A stretch of 15,988 nucleotides of DNA from an uncultured archaeon (GTDB lineage: Archaea; Asgardarchaeota; Lokiarchaeia; Sigyniarchaeales; SOKP01): contig CAZOYD010000070.1 in assembly GCA_964583985.1 (NCBI GenBank), positions 1 through 15,988 on the forward strand. Direction: 5' to 3'. The stretch's first letter is position 1, and the number at the start of each line of letters is the position of its first letter. The position numbers and the translations under genes were made by a program. Under the pieces are notes generated by a model. That model ran no database searches, had not been told where the DNA came from, and saw only the letters and a list, made by a program, of their open reading frames with translations. Of this stretch, positions 1-9,897 are shown one piece after another.

Positions 1-2028
1 GAGGAGTTAATCATTTCAGATAGAAAAAAATTATGGGAACCTTCAGAAGAATGGAAAAAGAACGCTGAAATTACGAAGTTTATCCAGAAAGTAAATAAGG
101 AATTCGGTCAAAACATTCAAGGTGGTAAAGACCTCTATAGATGGTCCGTAGAAAAGATCGAAGATTTTTGGGCGGCTATGTGGGACTTTGGAGGCATCAT
201 AGCTTCCAAAAAATATGATAAAGTTGTTGAAGATCTAAGTGTTTTCCCAGGTACCAAATGGTTTCCTGGAGCAAAATTAAATTTTGCCCAAAACCTGCTC
301 AAGTATAAAGATGATAAATTAGCTTTTATTTTTCAAGGAGAAACCAAGGTTTCAAAACAAATCACGTATGCCAAACTGAATCAAACCGTAGCTCGCTTAG
401 CGAAATCTCTCAAGGAGATGGGCGTTAAAGTGGGAGATCGAGTCGTGTCCTATATTCCAAACTTGATCGAAACTCCTACTGCCATGTTAGCTACTGCTGC
501 CATTGGAGCGACGTGGGCCTCATGTGGAGCAGAATTGCAACCGAACGCCGTGATAGATCGGTTTGGACAAATTGAGCCAAAAGTACTCTTTACGGTTGAT
601 GGGTATTTCTATAGGGATCAAGAGTTTAATATCACTGAGAATGTAAAAGCTGTGGTTGAGGCTATTCCTTCAATTGAAAAAGTGGTGGTGGTATCTTACA
701 TTACGAATGGAAGACCAGATATAAGCCACATTCCAAATGCGATACATTGGGACGAGTTTATCTCAAAAGAAGAGAACCTCACTCTTGAATTTGAACAATT
801 ACCCTTTGAACATCCCTTGTACGTGATGTTTTCATCAGGTACTACGGGCAAACCTAAGTGCATGGTTCAAAGCGCTGGGGGTATATTGATCAATCATTTA
901 AAAGAACTCATCTTATTTACTGATTGTAAAGGAAGCGATGTCATAAATTATATTACTGCGCCTTCATGGATGATGGTATAAGTTAACCTTATATCAGCCA
1001 AAATGTGGAACTGGCTTATCAGTGCCTTAGCAACGGGCGCAACAATATTTTTGTATGATGGAAATCCCTTATATCCAGATCCTTTAAGATTTTTCGAGCT
1101 AATCGAAAAGCATAAAGTATCAATATTTGGAACCAGTGCAGCCTATCTTCATTACTTAATGGGTCTTGGGGTTAAACCTGGAGAGAAATTTGATTTAAGT
1201 GCATTAAGAGAAATTTCACAAACGGCATCTACATTATCTCCTGAAGGATTTGAATTCGTATATCGGGATATCAAAAAAGATTTGTTTTTCAATTCTATCA
1301 GCGGAGGTACGGACATTAATGGATGTTTTGCTGGGGCAATACCAATTTTACCCGTTTATTCTGGGGAATTACAAGGTCGTGCGTTAGCTATGAAAGTCGA
1401 ATCTTACAGTGGCAAAGCAGAACCAATTGAAGATGAACAAGCGGAACTTGTATGTGAAGCACCCTCACCCTCAATGCCAACTCATTTTTGGGGCGACGAT
1501 AAAAACATGACAAAATATAAAGCCGCTTACTTTGATTATTATAAGGATATAGGCAAGAATGTATGGCGACACGGGGATTATATCGTTATTCACAGCGATA
1601 CGGGAGGGATTACCTTCTGGGGGCGATCGGATGCGGTTCTTAAACCAAGCGGAGTGCGCATAGGAACTGCAGAAATTTATAATGTCGTAGAACAATTGCC
1701 GGAGATTGCTGATAGTTTGGTAATTGGCCAACAATATGAAGGAGATATCCGAATTGTGATGTTTGTGCTTTTAAAAGAAGGGTATAAATTAACTGATGAA
1801 TTAAAAACCAAAATACGACAGACTTTACGTGAAAAAACAAGTCCAAGGCACGTTCCAAAATTAATATTTCAAGCACCCCCAGATGGCATACCATATACTT
1901 TTAGTAATAAGAAAGTTGAGATTGCTGTTACGAAAATCATTCATGACATGGAAGTAGCTAATCGCGGAGCTCTTAGAAATCCAGATTCACTTGATTTTTA
2001 CGAGGAAATGAAAGAAAAACTAAATTAA
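1..2028 (+). CDS. Acetoacetate--CoA ligase (acetoacetyl-CoA synthetase, ANL superfamily); two exons, <1/13..972 and 1003..2028
   Basis: Frame +1 is open from base 1 (EELIISDRKKLWEPSEEW...DLYRWSVEKIEDFWAAMW), well upstream of the ORF-track ATG at 178. Family motifs: WFPGAKLNFAQNLL, AMP-binding loop MFSSGTTGKPKC, SISGGTDI, WRHGD, GRSDAVLKPSGVRIGTAEIY, SPRHVP, KKVEIAV, ALRNPDSL. The two ORF-track pieces share a frame, and removing 30 nt gives WMMWNWL and about 660 aa. Confidence 0.93.
973..1002 (+). other. Putative bulge-helix-bulge (BHB) intron, 30 nt, within the acetoacetate-CoA ligase CDS
   Basis: Insert ATGGTATAAGTTAACCTTATATCAGCCAAA has an in-frame TAA (979-981). It forms a 9-bp stem 974-982/988-996, a 3-nt bulge 971-973, a central helix 967-970/997-1000, a 3-nt bulge 1001-1003, and exon-exon pairs 965-966/1004-1005. 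Excision gives TGG ATG|ATG TGG AAC TGG. Confidence 0.75.
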
Positions 2029-2332
2029 TTTTATTTTTATTATTTTTCTAATTAAACTCTTTTTCTAGGTAAACTATTTTAATAATTATTTAACATATCA
2101 CGCATCAAGTTCATTCCTAAATAAATATCATAACCCACTCCGTCCCATTCACTATCAGTACCTTTTACTTGACCTAGAATCATACTTAAATTTTCATCAG
2201 TTAGAATTTCCTTACATAAAAAATTTTAGAAATAAAAGAAGATATACGGTTCATTATCCTTAATAAAAAAGAGAATTTTATTTGTTGTTATTTACTACTC
2301 AAATTATTTTGTACAATTAGTGGATAAATTTA

Positions 2333-2743
2333 TTATCTTTTTTTGCTAACGCCTCTACTTCGACCTTTTCTATCGCCACCGCTATTGCCTTTTCTACTGC
2401 CACCACCACTGCTTTTTCTATTACCACCATAACCGCCGCCATAACTACCACCCCCTCGACCACCGCTTCCACTACCGCCTCCACCACCGCCTCCGTATGA
2501 TCTGTTTTCGGAGGGAGGACTTTTTTTAGTGACTACAACATTATTTGCTTGAGGGCCTTTATCACCTTGTACTACATCAAATTCGACTTCATCATTTTCA
2601 TTTAATGTTTTATAATCATCGTCATCTCCAGCTAATGCTGAAAAATGAACAAAAACATCATTTCCCTCTTCAGAATTTATAAATCCAAAGCCTTTATTGC
2701 TATTAAACCATTTTACTGTTCCTTTAACCAATTTAATTACCAT
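2333..2743 (-). CDS. Cold-shock domain protein (CspA family) with a Gly/Arg/Ser-rich C-terminal tail
   Basis: [11 protein letters not shown]1 KGFGFI, RNP2 DVFVHFS and [10 protein letters not shown], followed by roughly 60 aa of low-complexity tail. The start may be ATG 2743 or the TTG four codons downstream. Confidence 0.95.
   Translation of the reverse strand: MVIKLVKGTVKWFNSNKGFGFINSEEGNDVFVHFSALAGDDDDYKTLNENDEVEFDVVQGDKGPQANNVVVTKKSPPSENRSYGGGGGGGSGSGGRGGGSYGGGYGGNRKSSGGGSRKGNSGGDRKGRSRGVSKKR
2366..2437 (-). repeat. Three imperfect 24-nt tandem units encoding xxxGGxRK in the Csp tail
   Basis: Plus-strand units: ttttctatcgccaccgctattgcc (2366-2389), ttttctactgccaccaccactgct (2390-2413), ttttctattaccaccataaccgcc (2414-2437). 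In protein order they encode [16 protein letters not shown] and GNSGGDRK. Confidence 0.65.
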
Positions 2744-2806
2744 ATTTTTAATATATTATAGCTCTAATACTTTTAAGATATTAAAGGAAATAAACTTTTC
2801 CGAGGG

Positions 2807-2962
2807 TAATATTTCAAGCAGCCCCAGAAGGCATTTCTTATACTTAAGAAAGTTGAAATTGACATTACAAAGATTATTCATGAAATGGAAATCGCTAATC
2901 GAGGTGTTTTAAGAAACCCCGAATCTCTTGATTTCCACATGGAAATGAAGGACAAGCTTCAA
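2807..2962 (+). pseudogene. Degenerate remnant of an acetoacetate-CoA ligase 3' end
   Basis: Aligns with 1862-2025. It reads IFQAAPEGISYT, then an 8-nt deletion (TTTAGTAA) creates a frameshift and stop, then KKVEIDITKIIHEMEIANRGVLRNPESLDFHMEMKDKLQ. The intact copy reads IFQAPPDGIPYTFSNKKVEIAVTKIIHDMEVANRGALRNPDSLDFYEEMKEKLN. Confidence 0.9.
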
Positions 2963-3116
2963 TATTATAATTTTTTTATTTCATTTTAATGATTAATGTT
3001 AATCCAAATTAGATAAAGTAAATTAAAAAAGAGTATTAATAATATATTTATACCAATCATTTTGCGATTCTATCCTTCCAGTTCTTATCAGCTTTATTAC
3101 TGGGAGTATAAAGCTA

Positions 3117-5348
<2,232 letters not shown>

Positions 5349-5451
5349 CTATTGATTTTGCTTTTTTTCGTTTTTTTCATTTTTAACAAGCTTTTATAGC
5401 ATTATCTATACAAGAATGTTTAGTATATATGTGAATACATAATGAATTATA

Positions 5452-5472
5452 ATATAAGAATCATTCTTATAT
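5452..5472. promoter_or_regulatory. Fur/Per-box-like operator, perfect 10-1-10 inverted repeat
   Basis: ATATAAGAAT-C-ATTCTTATAT lies between divergent katG and the fur/perR gene. The core TAAGAAT-N-ATTCTTA has the 7-1-7 geometry of Fur/PerR boxes. Confidence 0.7.
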
Positions 5473-5574
5473 AATAACTACTATCAAATAGTAACTATTA
5501 TTAATATATCTTATGTTTCAATTATATAAATAGTGTTTCATAAAAGCTATTCATATCATAACTCAAGGATTTAA

Positions 5575-5988
5575 ATGAATAACCAAAATTTAATTTCACT
5601 CTTCCGTGAAAATGGATATAAAGTAACTGCTCAGAGATTAGCAATATGTAAATATATACTTTCTCGTAAGGATCATCCTGCAGCAGAGAAAATATTTCAA
5701 GAAATGAAGGAAGAATATCCCACAATAAGTCTAGGTACAATTTATAAAACCTTACATCTTTTAAAAGAGTTAGGTTTAATACAAGAACTAGGTTTTAATG
5801 AAGGCAGTATAAGATATGATCCAGACATGGAACTTCATATCAATATGGTGTGCTCGAACTGTGGGAAAATTTACGACTATAAATCTAAGAACTTAAAGAA
5901 TTTTTGGCAAAACGCCATTAAAGAAATAGGAGTTAACCCAACTGGACAAAGAATTGACCTTTATTTTAAATGTGATAAATGTGATTAA
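5575..5988 (+). CDS. Fur-family transcriptional regulator, probably PerR-like
   Basis: KVTAQRLAI, HPAAEKIF, ISLGTIYKTLHLL, RYD, HINMVCSNCGKIYD and C-terminal CDKC (two CxxC Zn motifs). Divergent from katG. Confidence 0.93.
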   Translation: MNNQNLISLFRENGYKVTAQRLAICKYILSRKDHPAAEKIFQEMKEEYPTISLGTIYKTLHLLKELGLIQELGFNEGSIRYDPDMELHINMVCSNCGKIYDYKSKNLKNFWQNAIKEIGVNPTGQRIDLYFKCDKCD

Positions 5989-6133
5989 CACAATTTCATG
6001 TGTTACATTTCACGCCAAAAATTGATAACTTTATTAATAAAGTTCGAAATGTTATAGATTTAGAATAAGGAAAGATTAGCCCAAGGATAACAATAAATCA
6101 GATTTTTTGTTATTATGCGCAAACTTGGTATTA

Positions 6134-7633
6134 TTATGAAACCTCAGGAAAAAGGATTACAAAATTACTACCTTTGTAAAATTCACCGGGTTTCCTATCT
6201 TCTACCCAAATTTTAGCGTTATAGGTTTCCAAAATGATTCTAACCAAGCTTAAACCCAATCCCATTCCTGTAGTCTCTTTTTTTTCATTAAAACCTCTTT
6301 GAAAAATAAGTTTTTTGCTATGATCTGGGATGCCAATTCCATTATCGATGAACTCAATCTTATTGAATATTTCATCCCCTTTTTTTATTTTTGAGGTTTT
6401 GATTAAAATTTCAATATCTTTATTTTCATTATGCAATATTGCATTCATAAGTATATTTTCAATTGCATCGTCTAATAACTCATTAGCGTAAATAATGGAA
6501 TTATTACTCATCAAGTCGTATGATATATTCACATTTTTATTCATCAGGCTGTATTTTACATTTTCGGAGGCATTTTTAATTTTTTCCATTAAGTCGACCT
6601 TACTCAATACCATCTCCGATTCATGGAATTCTGAGAATTTTCTCACGTTTTTTATCAAGTTCATCCCCCGAGTAATCTGATTTGCTAATTCATTGAACAG
6701 TTCTTGATTCTGTAATTTTACATCTGATGAGGGATATTCAAGTGAATATAGTTCAACAGTGTTTAAAATGCATTGAAATATATTGTTTATATCATGGGTG
6801 AATAGATCCTTATAAAAGGTTTCATGTTCATATGCAATGCGATATTTTTCTTCTGATTCCTTAAGTTTCTGTCTAGATCGTATTCGTTCAGAAATGTCTC
6901 TCGTAATCAGTAAATATTTCTTTTGCCCGTTTCTATCGTAAAAGATTGTTCCTTTTGTTTCCGTCCATACATACTGCCCGTTTTTTTGTCTTATTCTTCC
7001 TTCTACTAATCCTTCGCCGGTATTATTTAAGTCTCTAAACACTTGCATTACGGTTTTTTGATCATCAGGATGGATGAGCATTAATGCATTCTTGCCAATT
7101 AAGTCATCTTTATTATATCCCATTAACCTATTATGAATCTCCTCGTTAGCATATTCAAAACGAAATTTTTGATTGACAACAGTAATTAGGTCATCAGCAT
7201 TTTCTGAGATGAGACGATAATTTTCTTCAGACTTCTTCAATTCTTCTTCCAAGTGCTTCCAATCGGATATATCCAAAATAATTCCTTGGAAGTGAGTTAT
7301 TACTCCATTCGAATCCCTTCTGATCCAGGTTTTATCATCTACCCAACGTGGATTTCCCTCTTTTGTCAAAATTCGATATTCTTGGATAAATTCTCCAACC
7401 CCTGACTCACAATAATTTGCTACCTCCTCTGCAACTCTCATTAAATCCTCTTCATGTATTATATCTGCAAAATTGATTTTCCCGGACAAAAAATCAGAAG
7501 AATCATACCCAAATTGAGTAATATTGTCTGTGACAAACTCTACTGGCCATTTATCTAAATTGCGCCAAAGAAAAGCTATAGCTGGGCTTTTATTAATAAT
7601 CTCTTCTAAATCTCCATATGATTTTTCTGACAT
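6134..7633 (-). CDS. Cytoplasmic PAS-PAS sensor histidine kinase
   Basis: Two PAS/PAC domains (IHEED...EYRILTKEGNPRWV...GIILDIS; IHPDD...RIRQKNGQYVW...RDISER). H-box THDINN, N-box ENILMNAILH, G1 DNGIGI, F-box IFQRGF, G2 GMGLGL. No obvious TM segment. Confidence 0.95.
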   Translation of the reverse strand: MSEKSYGDLEEIINKSPAIAFLWRNLDKWPVEFVTDNITQFGYDSSDFLSGKINFADIIHEEDLMRVAEEVANYCESGVGEFIQEYRILTKEGNPRWVDDKTWIRRDSNGVITHFQGIILDISDWKHLEEELKKSEENYRLISENADDLITVVNQKFRFEYANEEIHNRLMGYNKDDLIGKNALMLIHPDDQKTVMQVFRDLNNTGEGLVEGRIRQKNGQYVWTETKGTIFYDRNGQKKYLLITRDISERIRSRQKLKESEEKYRIAYEHETFYKDLFTHDINNIFQCILNTVELYSLEYPSSDVKLQNQELFNELANQITRGMNLIKNVRKFSEFHESEMVLSKVDLMEKIKNASENVKYSLMNKNVNISYDLMSNNSIIYANELLDDAIENILMNAILHNENKDIEILIKTSKIKKGDEIFNKIEFIDNGIGIPDHSKKLIFQRGFNEKKETTGMGLGLSLVRIILETYNAKIWVEDRKPGEFYKGSNFVILFPEVS

Positions 7634-7831
7634 TTGTAATCGTTGGATTCTAAAATTTTTTTAACTATTTTTAATTACATTGAAATTTTTGATTATAAAA
7701 AAATTTTCCTTTATTGTCTAAAATCTAATTATGGATTTTAGTATTAAATCATGGTAAGAAAAGTGATTTAAGCATAAAATACTATATTTTATTGAGATAA
7801 ATCTTATATAATTAGGATATAAAATCTAGAT

Positions 7832-8428
7832 ATGGATTCATATGATAACTTACCCGATGCTGAAATTAAGCCAGTAGGAGACATTTCAAAAAAGTTCCTA
7901 AATTTAGGTATCAAATCGTTTAAAACCGCTTGCATGTATGTACACAAAAGTAAATATGGATATAACTCTGACTATGATGACAAAATGATCTTTTTTAAGG
8001 AAAAGATGGGTAGTTGCACGATGAAGCATGCTACTATTGCGGGCCTTGCCGAAGAACTTCGAATTCCCATGTATAAGTACATTGGTGTTTATAAATTTAC
8101 AGAAAATATAACCACTGGTGCTGGTAAAATCCTGAAAAAATACAAGATTCCTTATGTACCAATGGTTCATTGCTTTTTGGTTTATCAAAAATATCAATTT
8201 GACCTTACCGAAGGAAACTATAATGGAAAAAAGACTTCGATAAGCGAATTTATAAAAACAGAAAGAGTTATTCCATTTATCAGCAGAAAAGATGAATATC
8301 TACTCTTTAAAAAAATCCTTAAAGAAGAAATCTTGCCTAGTAAAGAAATGATAGGAATCGATGAGCGAACTTTATTAAAAGCGAGAGAAGCAAGCATCAT
8401 TTTATTAAAAGATTGCATCAAGAAATGA
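7832..8428 (+). CDS. Hypothetical protein, possible transglutaminase-like Cys-His-Asp fold
   Basis: 198-aa ORF. GSCTMKH...HCFL...FDLT spacing resembles a transglutaminase-like triad. Confidence 0.7.
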   Translation: MDSYDNLPDAEIKPVGDISKKFLNLGIKSFKTACMYVHKSKYGYNSDYDDKMIFFKEKMGSCTMKHATIAGLAEELRIPMYKYIGVYKFTENITTGAGKILKKYKIPYVPMVHCFLVYQKYQFDLTEGNYNGKKTSISEFIKTERVIPFISRKDEYLLFKKILKEEILPSKEMIGIDERTLLKAREASIILLKDCIKK

Positions 8429-8484
8429 GAAAATTATCTAGAATGATCTTCTTATTTGATTTAATCTTATTAGGATCCTTATCT

Positions 8485-8886
8485 TCATTTCTTTTTAATG
8501 AAAGGTTCTTTTTTGATTACTAGTGATATCTGATTCTTGTTTTTCTTTAAATTAAACGTGCTTTTTTTCCAATGCGGGCTTTTACTTGTATGTAAATACC
8601 ATCTAAGAGCTTTTTCTTTAAAATCAAATTTAACTTTTTTATAACCATCAATTTCAATTAAATTAATAAGTTCCTTCGGATCATATTTTAGGTCATATAA
8701 TTCTTCTTTTCCAGCATCTCGTAGGATTAGTTTCCATAAGTAGGTACGTATCATGACCGAACGAGCAACAGTTTCTGGTTCTTCTTGAGGAATGTTAGTT
8801 TTTTCATAATAAATACCTAATAAAGGATGATCTGGGTCTTTAATAATAAACTCAAAACATTGCGTTTTAAGACAAATTTCAACCAT
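8485..8886 (-). CDS. Hypothetical protein
   Basis: 133-aa ATG-started ORF filling the gap, with typical Lys-rich composition and no recognised motif. Confidence 0.65.
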   Translation of the reverse strand: MVEICLKTQCFEFIIKDPDHPLLGIYYEKTNIPQEEPETVARSVMIRTYLWKLILRDAGKEELYDLKYDPKELINLIEIDGYKKVKFDFKEKALRWYLHTSKSPHWKKSTFNLKKNKNQISLVIKKEPFIKKK

Positions 8887-9009
8887 TCGTGATGATCATC
8901 CAATTTTTATCTATTGTAATTATTAATAATAGAATTCTGCTCTAACGAGAAATATTTTTTTTATAATAATCAAAAATTTGAAAAAAAAAATTTATGCAAT
9001 TTTTTAAGT

Positions 9010-9726
9010 TTATGAGAGAGGAGAACCACAAGTTCCGCAAAATTTACCCGCTCCTGAAACATCCGCTCCACAATTTGGACAATATTTAACATTTGTAGAG
9101 GAGGAGGTTGGTGAAGGTGTAGGTGTTGGTTGATATGTGGGTTCTGTCATTGGTGCATTCATTATTTGTTCTAATTTTGCAACTTTAAAGTAGCCAATGA
9201 TTTGGAAAATCCATCCAATTAAAATTGTTATAAATAAGAATGCAAGGACATACATCAAAGCACCATTTTTCAGGTAATGACTACCTTCTTCTGCATCTCG
9301 AGCAATATATGCTGGGAACATTGTAGTATTTTGTCGAAAGAAGGTCTCTAAAGCTCCCCATGCACCCATTTCAATCGCAGCAGCAATCATAGTGATGATG
9401 AAGCCAGTACCAGTGAAAACAAATAATGGCATAAGGTATGTGAAATCATAAGTATACATAAAACCTACATAATTTATTGGAAAGAACCAGGCTACCACAC
9501 CCACTATTGAACCGATCAATTTAAAAATTATGGCAGTAATAAATTTCGATCGATAATCCCCTAATAGAGGATTGTTTAATTTTAGATTAACGTTTCTAAT
9601 ATCTGATAGCGCTAAAAGAGTAAAAATTATTCCTACAAAAGGAATGGGGATGATAACGAAAATAGCCACTATTTTCATTCGACTTCCAAACGACCTGAAA
9701 TCAAGATTTGTATCTGTATTAGACAT
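9010..9726 (-). CDS. Membrane protein (about 4 TM, DUF973-like) with Pro/Thr linker and C-terminal zinc ribbon
   Basis: Several hydrophobic segments, a PTYQPTPTPSPT linker, then YCPNCG...FCGTCG. Confidence 0.85.
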   Translation of the reverse strand: MSNTDTNLDFRSFGSRMKIVAIFVIIPIPFVGIIFTLLALSDIRNVNLKLNNPLLGDYRSKFITAIIFKLIGSIVGVVAWFFPINYVGFMYTYDFTYLMPLFVFTGTGFIITMIAAAIEMGAWGALETFFRQNTTMFPAYIARDAEEGSHYLKNGALMYVLAFLFITILIGWIFQIIGYFKVAKLEQIMNAPMTEPTYQPTPTPSPTSSSTNVKYCPNCGADVSGAGKFCGTCGSPLS

Positions 9727-9897
9727 TTTATGAACCTATTATTATTTTATTTTTGTTTGATGGGATTTACAATATTTAATATTTTTCTACTTATTTTAAT
9801 TTTATTTAAAAATATGAAATAGGTCATGCTCGCTGTTTAGTCTATCAATTGAACTATCATGTTTCAAATTTTTTTTTAAAAAAAGAAAAAAATAACA

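Noticed and set aside
979-981. Stop-codon readthrough or Sec/Pyl recoding
   Set aside because: The codon is TAA, not TGA or TAG, and readthrough would leave 10 extra residues inside a conserved motif.
976-997. Spliceosomal-like intron (GTATAAG...TTAAC...CAG)
   Set aside because: GT(976) to AG(997) is 22 nt. Removing it causes a frameshift and does not restore WMMWNW. The BHB register does restore it.
961-1010. Simple sequencing error or point nonsense mutation splitting the gene
   Set aside because: The lesion is a structured 30-nt insertion, not a single-base change or homopolymer slip. Raw reads should still be checked.
2366-2500. Repeats in csp as a CRISPR array
   Set aside because: They are degenerate coding repeats with no spacers. 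No CRISPR array, tRNA, rRNA or transposase was recognised in the window.
2697-2912. 71-aa plus-strand ORF from the track
   Set aside because: It overlaps the csp start and reads the ligase remnant in the wrong frame.
8985-9005. Hairpin terminator after the zinc-ribbon gene
   Set aside because: The stem is A/T-only in a very AT-rich spacer. An oligo-T archaeal terminator is plausible but cannot be distinguished from background.
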